Shown here piece after piece: positions 27,239-39,000 of a stretch of 64,000 nucleotides of DNA. The notes beneath the pieces were generated by a model that saw only the letters and a program-made list of their open reading frames with translations, had not been told where the DNA came from and searched no databases. The translations under genes were made by a program, and so were the position numbers. This DNA comes from Mobula hypostoma (Eukaryota): the NCBI RefSeq assembly GCF_963921235.1, contig NC_086097.1, forward strand, positions 67,086,001 through 67,150,000. Direction: 5' to 3'. Within the stretch, counting starts at the first letter, position 1, and the number at the start of each line of letters is the position of its first letter.

Positions 27239-29394
27239 CTCACCTCAAACTTGGCACCATTTGAATGTCAGGAACTTGTGCGTGGGGTCATTTTGCACAG
27301 AGGGTGACGGACCTGGCTGACAAATGTGACAGGTCTCAACCCTGTGCCCTGATCCTCATACAGAACATCCCCCAAGCCCTCTCTTCTAGCATCCGTATGC
27401 AGTACATACAGCAATCAGGGGTCTGCAAAAACCAACAAAGGCGCTTTCGTCAGTAGCTTCTTCAGCAACTGAAAGGCCTTTTCATGTCTCACATCCCATC
27501 TAGCTCCAAAAGGCTCTGAAGGACTAAGATAATCTTTACCATCCTCTCTTTTTGTCCTTCTCCCATTTTCCCCAAGAGAGGGTAACAACACAGAAGCTGA
27601 TTTAAAGAGTGACTCACTTTTGCATAGCCCTCCACGAACCTCCGATAGTACCCACAGAATCCACGGAACAAGTGCAGGGCACTCACAGTCTTGGACCTTG
27701 GCCATGCGGTCAATGCCTCTATCTTAGACGGATCAGTAATTACTCCATTATGTGAGACTATGTGCCCAACATAGTTGACAGATGTCTTGCACTTGTCCAG
27801 GGAAAGCTTTAACCCTTCACGTTCAGTAACCTCACTTCATGTTCCTCCAAGGTTGACCCAAACACTATGAGGTCATCTAGATACACCAATACCTCAAGCA
27901 AGTTCATATCCCCCACCGTTTTCTCCATGACATGCTGGAAAGTTGCAGGGGTCCCCATATGCCCTGGGACATCCTTTCAAACTGGAAGAATCCCACTGGA
28001 CATATGAATGCCATTTTCTCTTTATCAGCCTCACTCATGGGGATCTGGTAATACCCACTCCTCAAGAAGCGCACACTGAACTGCTTCGCACCAGTCAGAC
28101 AGGTCAGCGCGTCCTCGATTCTCGAGACAGTAGGCCTGGTCAGGGACTGTATGCCTGATCAGAGTCTGATTGTCCACACTCATCCGTACCTTCCCATTCT
28201 TCTTCCTGGCCACTACTATTGGGGACGCATAGGGGCTTCTGGACTCAGTGATGATCCTAGCTTCCTTCAACTTCTGCAGATGCTGCTGAACGTCCTCCAC
28301 CTCTGCTGGTGCCAGTCGCTGCGACCTTTCTCTGAATGGGGTGTCTTTTGTCACCTGGATGGTGTGGCGAGTACTCGTGGAACAACACACATCAAACTTG
28401 TCAGTAGAAAAGACATCTTCCAGCTTCAACATCTTCTCTATCAACCCCCTCTTCCAATCTCCAGGTACTGGGGAGTTCCCAAAGTTGAATGACTCGGCAG
28501 TCAACTTTCCTCTTTTCAGAGAGAGTTTCTCTCTGGCTTATCTCACAGGGACACTAGACATTACCATCACTGGAAAGAGGTGTGCCATTGGAATCCCCCG
28601 CCCGAGGATCACTTCCCTTTACAAGGTGTTCCAGACACTCACTGTCATCCTATTCACCTGTACAACTGAGGGCTTCTGCAGTTCAGGCCTCACCAGTACT
28701 CCAGCAGGTAAGCCTGACTCCTCTTCATGGTCTTCTGGAGCATACACCAAGAGAGCCTCAGCATCAGGCATTCCAGGAAATTTCGGGTTTCCCGTCACTC
28801 TAGCTACGTAATGCAACTGGTTTGGACCGGGTGAACCATACAGTCCCTCGCTTATGCTCATCATCCAGCCCAGTGTGGCCACGCTCTTCCTCAAAAGCAG
28901 CTGAGAACACAGGGTGAATAGAAAATGTTTTCAGAAAGCTCTCTCCAACTTTCTTCTTGCAGGCTCCCACTAGCCTCCTCACAATAGGAGTATTTGTTCC
29001 CATGAGAATTGAAGCTTCGTCCCTCTCGACCGGGTCCTGACAAGCCAACATTAATGTATCAAAGACCTCAGCTACTCCCACATCTGCCTCCAAAAACTCC
29101 AGCTTCAATGACAAGTAACCATCGTACAAGAAGTCATATGTACTAAGACCCCAGATCTCTAGCGCACTGAGTGGCGTCAAGGGTAAATAAGTCAAATACC
29201 GGTTGTAAAACGAACGGTATAGCAGAGTAACCTGGGATCCTGTGTCAAGTATGGCTCTAGCACAAACACCCTCAATCCATAGCAATACACTGGAGCTTGG
29301 CCCCACTGAGCCTTCAGGAATAGGGTTTTTGCTTTAGCGTGTTCCTTGATATACTGATTGGAACGTGTTCCACCCGAGATGCCAGGCCATTCCT

Positions 29395-30850
29395 TCACTG
29401 GAGCTCTTCTAAGTTTCCTGATGTCTCTCACCACTTAGGTACCCGGGGGGGGGGGGGGGCTCACTCTCTGAAGGCTTTCCTGGTCTTCACTTCCACCTGA
29501 AGTGTCCTTCTTCCTCACAGTTATAGCAGACAATACCAGACTCTCCCCTTCTCGCGGGACCCCATTCCCTAGCAGTGCTCTGCTTAGTATGTGCCCTCAA
29601 CGGTCCGACTCCCTGTCGCCTTTGCCATGGGGGGTGGCCACACCCACTGATAATAACCGGGACTTCTCAGTTCTAAACTCTGCCATGAGCTCCTTTACCA
29701 CCCCCGGGGGTGGGTTATCAGGGGTCACTTCAGCAACAGGGTCTACTACCGAGGACTGTACCCTGCTGACGGAGGCCTCCCGTGCCTCCGTTGCATTCTC
29801 CTCCTCGCTTACTTCTCTGTTCAGCTTGACAAATGAAGGAGGAGGGGCATGTCTTACGAGACATTTGGAGACCCCAGACAATCATGTCTGTGACTGGGTG
29901 CCTTTTGCCACCTGGTCCATTCTTAACTGATTCACCTCAGCCGTTTGAATGGCCCACCCTACGCTGCAAGCAACTCAATTGTCTCTCTAGCCGAAAAATG
30001 TAGGCCGAATGTAGGTCTCTCTAGATGAAAAATGTTTCTCCCCCCCTTCTCCTAAAACATGTTCCAAAGCCCCGCCATAAGCTCCATTGGGCTTCCCGTC
30101 ATGCCAAAAGTATTTTCTAGCGCTTGCACATAGCCCCCGGAAGTAGCCAAAGGTTTCTGTGTCTTTAAGGATCTCACTACGTCAGCAGCCGGAACTCCCA
30201 GACTCTTTGCCAGTCGCTGTCTTTTCACATTATCAGAGCACTGCCACTCATCCAGCATCTGGGAGGTTTGCTTCGCCCAAGTCTCATATTCCTCCTACCC
30301 TTCGGGGGGTGCGTTATTCCCGAGAATATTCTGAGCCTATGATAACTGCGACTCCACCTGGGCACTTGGCCATTTATTCCTCAGGAATGTAAGGGCTGAT
30401 ATCAACTCAGAATGCTCACCCCTCGCTGGAGGGCTCATTAAGCCTTCCAGATCAGACCACTCCTTCCCCTCACTCCTCAGAAACGGGAGCAACTTGTCTT
30501 TAAAGTCTCCATCCGCAGCTATGGGAAACTCAGCTTGCGATTTGGCACCCTCATCTACACTCCCCTCCTCCCAGAAAGTATGGACAGCCCACGTGCCCCC
30601 CCACTTTCCCGGGGCCCCAATAGAACCAGACAGACCCACTGCACTAGTCTGACCTAAAACGAAGTCTTTGCCTGCCATTTTGTCAGACCTCTACTCCATG
30701 ATCGTAACTGTTCCCTGATGCTTTAACGGTACTCAGAGTCCTAATCAGCAATTCATCAGGGCTACGAACGTTCACCCTACTCAGTACAAATGCACTTGTT
30801 ACCAGTGATCCCATGGATTTGCACCACTGCTCAGCCCCTACAGCATTCAA
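29395..30850 (-). pseudogene. Gypsy gag (PNMA/Ma-like capsid), disrupted
   Basis: EQWCKSMG...GGTWAV...MLDEWQCSDNVKRQRLAKSLGVPAADVVRSL; decayed zinc knuckle CYNCEEEGHFRWK* at ~29478-29529; frameshifts and stops. Confidence 0.8.
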
Positions 30851-30941
30851 AACCACGTATCTTAATCACGTTACTGGACAATAGTTTAACACACAACCCA
30901 CTGGATTGCTCAGGACAGTCACACAGCATTGAACAAAATCA

Positions 30942-30960
30942 ATCCGGGACGATACCCCCA
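30942..30960 (-). promoter_or_regulatory. Primer-binding site, tRNA-Pro-like
   Basis: Minus strand TGGGGGTATCGTCCCGGAT lies 3 nt after the 5' LTR end (..TTTCA) and is similar to the tRNA-Pro PBS TGGGGGCTCGTCCGGGAT. Confidence 0.7.
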
Positions 30961-30963
30961 TAG

Positions 30964-31549
30964 TGAAACCCCGATTTCCTTGGGCTGCATAAGTCTAGGT
31001 AACACACACTTTGGTCTCACCAGATCTGTGAGATTGGGATGGCTGTCCCACCCCAAACCCCGGTTTGTGTGGATGCTGTGTAATTTGCTACCCTGTCACA
31101 ACTCAGTGTCAAGAAATAACAGACAGCGCACTGCATATGATTAAGGGAATTATATTTATGAATGTTAGCCTAACTAAAAGGTTAGTAACGAACAGAAAGA
31201 AAAAAACAAAAGAGATCCACCATAACTAAACAGTCATATGTGCACAAGGTGGAGCTGAAATCTTCCAAAAGTCATATTCACCGATGCTCAGTAGGTTTCC
31301 ACACCTTGCTCCGTTGAATCACGGTCCCCCACCAGGTCGAATCCTATGACCGGTTCTCTCCAGCGTCTTTTCTCTTCATCTCCCACCGAACAAAGACCCC
31401 AGCTCACCCCAGTGTCAGGCACACAAAAAGAACCTGTTCCGATTGGATGGCTCACATTCCAAAGCACCCATTATCTCTAACCATAACCAAACACTGCTTC
31501 TACAGAAAGACCATTACGTTAGCAGTGAAAACTTTACCAGGGCCTTACA
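30964..31549 (-). repeat. 5' LTR of Gypsy element
   Basis: TG...CA termini (TGAAACCCC...CCTTACA); homologous to 21876-22423. Confidence 0.9.
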
Positions 31550-31589
31550 CTAGCAAACAGTAAAGTGTTTGCTAAATACCTGCAGTATC

Positions 31590-34490
31590 TACATCTACTT
31601 ACCTAATAAAGCCCTTCGTCATCTGATTTCTCTAAACCAGGGGACTTTGAGAGATAGCTTGGACGCTTTGAGAGATTTAGGGTTGCAAGCAATCTCACTC
31701 AGGCTTCAGAACAGCATCAAGTAAGCACATTGATATACTGCATGGGTGACAAAGCAGATTACATCATGGGTGGATTAGGATGGAGGGATTCTCAGAAAAA
31801 GGAGTAGAAAGCAGTGCAGGACAAATTCAAAGAATATTTCACAGGAAAGCAAAATGTGATATATGAGAGGGCAAAGTTCAACTCCAGGAAACAGGAACCA
31901 AATGAAAGCGTAAATGACTTCATCACAGCTTTGTATGCCCCGTCAGACAACCGTACATATGGAAATCTGAGAGATGAGCTCATTAGAGACAGGATGGTTG
32001 CCTGGCTAGTAGACACCAAATTATCAGAGGGGTGCCAGTTACAGACAAATCTCACACTAAAAAAAGCTATTACTATGGTCAGACAGAGTGAGAATATTTG
32101 TCAGCAACAGGCAGAACTCAGGCATAAAAACAATACTGAGGTAATGCTAGAAGCTGTATAAAAGGAAGGGTACAAACAAGTTGCAGTCAAAAAGTCTACC
32201 AAAAGAAGTGACAGTAGAGATCAGCTCAGACAAAATAGACAAGCGAAACAAAAAGCAGGTAAAATGTCCAACTTACTGCAGGAGATGAGGCAAGTTTCTA
32301 TTCCATGCCAAAAAGCTCTATTCAGCAAAAGAAGTGAAATAATAGTAATAATAATAATAATTCCCCAAGTGGGAAATTGATCCTTGTGACAGTGGAGCTG
32401 AATGAGCCTGTTCGAAAGGATGCTCCGCTGCTTAATCAGTAGGTCATGGAAAGGATGTGCCTGATTGTCCATAATGGATTAACAATTTGTTAAGTGACCT
32501 CCTCTCCATCACTAACTCAAAAGAGTCCGGGTTGTAGCCAAGGACAGATCCAGCCTTTTTGATGAGGTTGTTTAGGCTTTTTGCATCACTAGTAGCAATG
32601 CTGCTCCCCTAACATAAATGTCACCAATGCAACAGACTTGGCCATTATAAAACCCAGTGTCGCTCAAAAATAGTTCTTCAGGAGGTCAAAGAAGACCATG
32701 ATTCAGATGAAGACAGACCTTGCCTTGGGGCTCTAGATTCAAATAAACAAGGCTGGTATACTAAAGTTCAGTTGCAAAATGAGGCAGTGATGTTGAAAAT
32801 GGACAGCGGGGCAGATGTCGCAACCCTCCCTGAATGTCAGTTCACAAAACTGCTGAAGGAAATAGGCATTACACTAAACCCAACAAAGAAAATGATCACG
32901 GGGCCAGAGAAACATAATCTCAGTGTGAAAGGAATGTTTACTTCTTCCATCTGTAAAAGGGAGAAACAGTTAAAAGAGGATGTCTATGTTGTTCAGAATC
33001 TCTTCTCACCACTACTGGGATGACATGCCATCCAGAAGATGAACCTCATTGCAAGGCTGGATTCACTAAACAATGTTCAGTGGCAGGAGACGTGTCCAGA
33101 GTTGTTCACAGACCTTGGGGTACTGAAAGAAGAGTACCTTATCCATTTCAGGTCATGAGTGATGCCCTACTCTCTGACCACAGTGAGGTGTATACCAGTG
33201 CCATTAATGAACAAAGTCAAAGTTGAACCTGAGAGAATGGAGGTGCTTGACATCATAACTAGAGAGAATGGACCTACCAACTGGTGAGCTAGCCAGATGG
33301 CACAGTGAGGATCTGTGTTGATCTAACAAAATTGAATAATGCAGTGAGGTGGGAGAAGTTTATTTTGCCCTCTTTTGAGCACACATTGGCTATGCTGGGT
33401 GGAGCAAAGTTCTTCACCAAACTAGATGCAAACTCAGGGTTCTGTCAGATCAGTTTAGTTCGCGTGTCACAGAGCTCACAACCATTATCACACCATATGG
33501 ATGCTATGCCTTCAATAAACTCACTTTTGGCATCTCATCAGCCCCAAAACTTTTTCAGATGAGGATGAACCAAATTCTGGAGGGACTGGAAGGAGTAGTT
33601 TGCCACATGGATGATATACTCATCTTCAGAGGCTCAAGTGAGGAACATGACAAAAGAGTGGAAGTTGCCTTGGAGAAACTGAAACAGGCTGGAATCACCC
33701 TGAAATGGGAATTTGCAAAGTTGAAGGTGAAGTTCTTAGGCCACCAACTGCCCTCAAAGGGAGTGCAACCAGATTCAGACAAAATGGTAGGGATAACCTC
33801 GGAAAGTATCAGAGATCCACAGTTTCCTTGGCATGGGTAAACCAGCTGGGAAAGTTTATTCTAGACTTGGCAGAGCAAACAAAACCAATATGTGACCTTC
33901 TGTCTCAGAGAAACATTTCAACCTTGGGCGCACTGCAGGAGAAGTCATTCTCATCGCTTAAAGCAGAGCTTATCTCTCTGCCAATATTTATCTGAGTAAA
34001 ACAACCAAGGGCTGAGCAGACGCCTCTTCCATTGGCCTTGGGGGAGTGCTCATGCAGCACTGCAGTGGTGTATGGAAACCAGTGGTGAATGCATCAAGAG
34101 TACTGACACCTACTGAACAGCGTTACGCCCAAATTGAAAAGGAAATGCTGACTCTTTGTGTGGGCTTGTGAATGCTTTAGCTGCTACCTGATGGGTACTA
34201 AATTCCTACTTGAAACAGACCACAAGCCACTTGTCAGCCTCCTCATCTCAAAATGCTTGGATGACTTACCTCCACATTTGCAAAGATTCAGAATGAAGCA
34301 TATGCGACACTGCTATGACCCCGGAACATCTTTCATAACACCAAACTCTCTGTAGAATATGCCATGTAACAATGAGTGGTGGGAAGCTGACTCTGCCCTC
34401 ATGGAAGATGCCAACATCTACTTAACTCAGGTACGTGAAAGCTTTCCTGCATCACAGAGTAAACTGGACAAATTTTGCACGAGTTGAAAA
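31590..34490 (+). mobile_element. Decayed Gypsy internal region (gag-PR-RT-RH), no LTR recognised
   Basis: gag FKEYFTGKQNVIYERAKFNSRKQEPNES, CCHC knuckle CHQCNRLGHYKTQC (~32619-32660), protease KMDSGAD, RT RICVDLTKLN...KLDANSGF...CHMDDILI, RH EQRYAQIEKE...ETDHKPL. Confidence 0.88.
32341..32615 (-). mobile_element. Rex1/Babar-type LINE 3' end nested in gag
   Basis: MDNQAHPFHDLLIKQRSILSNRLIQLHCHK; (ATT)n tail; TSD AAAT at 32337-32340 / 32616-32619. Removing it restores AKEVKCHQC. Confidence 0.75.
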
Positions 34491-35486
34491 AGGACCAAAT
34501 CTGCAGCAAGGGAACCAAAGTGAAGAGATGGAGAATGGGGAGGTTGGAGCACAAGCAGAGACAACTTGTAGTCAGCTTGTGAGGAAGGACAGGCAGATGT
34601 TAGAGCAAAGATGCACCCAGCTTGATGGTTTAAGATGTGTCTATTTTAATGCAAGGAGTATCATAGACAAGGCAGATGAACTCAGAATGTGGATCAATAC
34701 ATGGAACTGTGACGTTGTGGCCATTACAGAGACTTGGATGTCTCAGGAGCAGGAATGGCTGCTGAGTGCGCCAGGCTTTAGATGTTCCAAAAAGAAAAGA
34801 GGGGGGAGGCATTGCTAATCAGGGATAGTGTCACAACTGCAGAAAAGGAGGAAGTCATGGAGGGATTATGTACTGAGTCAGTGTGGGCGGAAGTCAGAAA
34901 CAGGAAGGGGCAATAACTCTACTGGATGTTTTTTATAGACTCCCCAATAGTAACAGGGATATCGAGGAGCAGATAGGGAGGCAGATTCTGGAATGGTGCA
35001 ATAATAATAGGGTTGTTGTGATGGGAGATTCTACTTTTCCTAATATTGATTGGCATCTCCTTCGTGCAAGGGGTTTAGATGGGGTGGAGTTTGTTAGGTG
35101 TGTTCAGGAAGGTTTCTTGACTCAATATGTAGATAAGCCAACTAGAGGAGAGACTGTACTTGATCCAGTATTGGGAAATGAACCTGGTCAGGTGTCAGAT
35201 CTCTCGGTGGAAGAGCATTTTGGAGGTACTGACCACAACTCTATTTCCTTCACCATAGCACTGGAGAGGGATAGGAGCAGACAATTTGGGAAAACATATA
35301 ATTGGGGTAGGGGGAAATATGATGCTATTAGGCAGGAACTTGGGAGCATAAATTAGGAGCAGATGTTTTCAGGGAAATGCATAGCAGAAATATGGCAAAT
35401 GTTCAGGGAACATTTGCCTGGAGTTCTGCATAGGTATGTTCCATTGAGGCAGGGAAAGGATGGTAGAGTTAAAAAACCATTGTGTA

Positions 35487-36465
35487 GAGTGCCCTCCTGC
35501 TTCAAATTATCCACCATTGTCCCTGTACCAAAAAAGACCAAGGTAACATGCCTGAACGACTGGTGTCCTGTTGCACTCACCTCAAAAATAAGCAAATGCT
35601 TTGAGTGGCTGGTCAAGGATTACATCTGCAGCTTGCTATCATTCAAACTGGACCCCCTACAATTCACGTACTGACACTGAGCAACAGCCACTGCTCTACA
35701 TACCATCCTTACATATCTAGAGAAGAAGGATGCTTATGTGAGAATGCTGTTCTTGGACTACAGTTCAGCTTTCAACACCATAGTCCCATCCAGGCACCAG
35801 TTGTGTGGTGAAAAAGGCTCTTTCACCTCAGATGTTTGAGGGAGTTTGGTATGACCATAAGACCATAAGACAAAGGAGCAGAAGCCGGCCATTCGGCCCA
35901 TCGAGTCTGCTCCGCCATTTTATCATGAGCTGATCCATTCTCCCATTCAGTCCCACTCCCCCGCCTTCTCACTATAACCTTTGATGCCCTGGCTACTCAG
36001 ATACCTATGGGTCCCAAGTCCTAAGAACTTTCTACAGAGGCACAATTGAGAGCATCCTAACTGGCTGCATCACTGCCTGGTATGGGAACTGTTCCTCCCT
36101 TGATCGCAGGATTCTGCAGAGAGTGGTGTTGACAGCCCAGCGCATCTGTAGTGGTGAACTTCCCACCATTCAGGACATTTACAAGGACAAGTGTGTAAAA
36201 AGGGCCCATAGGATCATTGGGGACCCAAGTCACCCCAACCACAATCTATTCTAGCTGCTATCATCCGGGAAGCAGTACTGCAGCATAAAAGCCAGGACCA
36301 AGAGGCTCCGGGACAGCTTCTTCCACCAGGCCATCAGACTGATTAATTCACACTGATTTGAGTGTACTCTATATTACATTGACTGTTCTAGAGATGTAAC
36401 GTAAAGATTTTACTCCTCATATATGTGAAGGATGTAAGAAATAAAGTTAATTCAATTCAGTTCAA
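35487..36465 (+). mobile_element. Internally deleted Rex1/Babar LINE nested in CR1
   Basis: [32 protein letters not shown]...LDPLQF and [22 protein letters not shown] + (TTCAA)n tail. Its 3' part is nearly the same as 44615-45042. Confidence 0.85.
35854..36005 (-). mobile_element. CR1-type 3' tail fragment nested in the Rex element
   Basis: (ACCATAAG)2 tail followed by GGCCATTCGGCCC (CR1 3' stem); TSD TATG at 35850-35853 / 36006-36009. Confidence 0.7.
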
Positions 36466-36904
36466 TACAAAGTATGTAGAAAATCTAACTAAGAAAAGAA
36501 AAGCTTACAAAATGTTCAAGAAACTAGGTACTGTTAGAGCTTTAGAAAACTACAAGGTTGCTAGGAAGGAGTTTAAGAATGGAATTAGGAGAGCCAGAAG
36601 GGGCCATGAGAAGGCCTTGGTGAGCAGGATTAAGGAAAGCCCCAAGGCATTCTACAAGTATGTGAAGAGCAAGAGGATGAGCCGTGTGAGAATAGGACCA
36701 ATCAGATGCGATACTGGAAACGTGTGCGTGGAGTCAGAGGAGGTAGCAGAGGTACTTAATGAATACTTTGCTTCAGTATTCACCAGGGAAAAAGACCTTG
36801 CCAATGGAGGGGATGACTTACAGTGGACTGAAACGCTTGAGCATATAGACATTAAGAAAGAGGATGTGCTGGAGCTTTTGAAAAGCATTAAGTTAAATAA
36901 GTCA

Positions 36905-37188
36905 AACAACAGGAATTCTGCAGATGCTGGAAATTCAAGCAACACACATCAAAGTTGCTGGTGAACGCAGCAGGCCAGACAGCATCTCTAGGAAGAGGTA
37001 CAGTCGACGTTTCAGGCTGAGACCCTTCGTCAGGACTAACTGAAGGAAGAGTTAGTAAGAGATTTGAAAGTGGGAGGGGGAGTTCGTCCTGGTGAAGGGT
37101 CTCGGCCTGAAACGTCGACTGTACCTCTTCCTAGAGGTGCTGCCTGGCCTGCTGCGTTCACCAGCAACTTTGATGTGTGTTGCTTAAA
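36905..37188. mobile_element. ORF-less palindromic Penelope-pLTR element
   Basis: Two inverted pLTR arms; TSD TTAAATAAGTCA at 36893-36904 / 37189-37200. Removing it restores CR1 IKLNKSPGLD. Confidence 0.88.
37002..37037 (-). ncRNA. Minimal type I hammerhead ribozyme motif (intact core)
   Basis: rc = AGTC CTGACGA AGGGTCTCAGCCT GAAAC GTC GACT. Confidence 0.75.
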
Positions 37189-38754
37189 TTAAATAAGTCA
37201 CCAGGATTGGATGAGATATACCCCAGGCTACTGTGGGAAGCAAGAGAGGAGATTGTTGAGCCTCTTGCAATGATCTTTGTGCCATCAATAGGGACAGGAG
37301 AAGTATTGGAGGATTGGAGGGTTGCAAATGTTGTTCCCTTGTTCAAGAAAGGAAGTAGAGATAACCCAGGAAATTATAGACCAGTGAGTCTGATTTCAGT
37401 GGTGGGCAAGTTGTTGGAGAAGATCCTGGGAGGCAGGATTTATAAGCATTTGGAGAGACATAATCTGATTAGGGATAATCAGCATAGCTTTGTCAAGGGC
37501 AAGTCGTGCCTTACAAACGTGATTGAATTCCCTGAGGATGTAGCAAAACACATTGATGAAGGTAGAGTAGTGGATGTAGTGTGTATGGATTTCAATAAGG
37601 CATTTGATAAGGTTCTCCATGTAAGGTTCCTTTAGAAAGTAAGGAGGCATTGAATCCAAGGAGACCTTGTTTTGTGGATCCCGAACTGGCTTGCCCACAT
37701 AAGGCAAAGGGTGGTTGTAGATGGTTCGTATTCTGCATGGAGGTTGGTGACCAGTGGTGTTCTGCAGGGATCTGTTCTGGGACCCCTCCTCTTCGTGATT
37801 TTTATAAATGACTTGGATGAAGAAGTAGAATGGTGGGTTAGTAAGTTTGCTGATGACAGGAAGTTTGGGGGTGTTGTGGATAGTCTAGAGGGTTGTCAGA
37901 GGTTACAGCGGGACATGGATAGAATGCAGAGCTGGGCTGAGAAATGGCAGAAGGAGTCCAACCCAGGTAAGTGTGAAGTGGTTCATTTTGGTAGGTACAA
38001 TTTGAAGGCAGAATATAATAAAAATGGTAAGACACTTGGTACTGTGGAGGATGTGAGAGATCTTGGGATCCATGTCAATAGGACACTCAAAGCTGCTGCG
38101 CAGGTTGACAGCGTTGTTAAGAAGGCATATGGTGTGTTGGCATTCATCAGCTGTGGGATTGAGTTCAAGAGCCTTGAGGTAATGTTACAGATATATAAGA
38201 CCTTCGTTAGACCCCACTTGGAGTAGTGTTCGGTTCTGGTCACCTCACTACAGGAAGGTTGTGGATTCTATAGAGAGAGTGCAGAGGAGATTTACAAGGA
38301 TGTTGCCTGGATTGGAGGGTGTACCTTATGAGAATAGGTTCAGTGCACTTGCCCTTTTCTCCTTGGAGCGACAGAGGATGAGAGCTGACCCGATAGAGGC
38401 GTAAAAAATGATGAGAAGCATTGATCGTGTGGATAGCCAGAGGCTTTTTCCCGTGGTTGAAATGGCTAACACAAGGGGGCATAGTTTCAAGGTACTTGGA
38501 AATAGGTACCAAGGGGTAGGTTTTTCACACAGAGAGTGGTGGGTGCATGGAATGTACCACTGGCGGTGGTGGTGGAAGTGGATACAAAAGGGTCTTTTAA
38601 GAGCCTCTTAGATAGGTACATGGAGCTTAGAAAAATAGAGGGCTATGCACTAGGGAAATTCTAGGCAGTTTCCAGAGTAGGTAATATGGTTGGCACAACA
38701 TTGTGGGCCGAAGGGCCTGTAATGTGCTGTAGATTTCTATGTTCTATGTTTTAA

Positions 38755-39000
38755 GTCAATATTCATGCTATCAGGTTGGAAGGTACCCAGACAGAATATA
38801 GGGTGTTGCTCCTCCACCCTGATGGTGGCCATTTGTGGTGGATAGTACGGATGTGATCGATAAAGCGGTCCCCCAATTCAGATGGGTCTCACCAATGTGG
38901 TGAAGGCTGCATTGGGAGCACCAAACACAATAGATGGCCCCAGCAGGATCACAGGTGAAGTGCTGTCTTAACTGGAAGGACAGTCTGGGGCACTGAATGG
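38755..39000 (-). mobile_element. Penelope-like GIY-YIG fragment
   Basis: SFQLRQHFTCDPAGAIYCVWCSQCSLHHIGETH in ORF 38771-39175. Confidence 0.75.

Larger units (their letters stand above)
21876..31549 (-). mobile_element. Full-length, decayed Ty3/Gypsy LTR retrotransposon with PNMA-like gag
   Basis: Two homologous LTRs (21876-22423, 30964-31549), PBS 30942-30960, PPT 22424-22436 and a near-TSD CAAG/CTAG. Domain order gag - PR (ILDTGSQVT) - RT (SPYASPIVVARKKNGK, VLVYLDD) - RH (DNNPLTY) - IN (SDQG, QPERFN). Confidence 0.93.
34500..38750 (+). mobile_element. CR1 LINE with near-complete ORF2 (EN+RT), disrupted and carrying nested insertions
   Basis: EN CVYFNARSI...VAITETW, VVMGD, GTDHN; RT PGNYRPVSL, DFNKAFDK, LQGSVLGPLLF, KFADD; 3' end GGGCCGAAGGGCCTGT...(TTCTATG)n. 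Confidence 0.93.

Noticed and set aside
29444..29459. Long poly-G run in Gypsy gag as a functional G-quadruplex
   Set aside because: A homopolymer expansion or sequencing-prone tract within a dead element.
37085..37120. Hammerhead copies at 37085-37120, ~41805-41835 and 58546-58581 as active ribozymes
   Set aside because: Core lesions: CTGGTGA, deletion of GAAACGTC, and GAATCGTT respectively.
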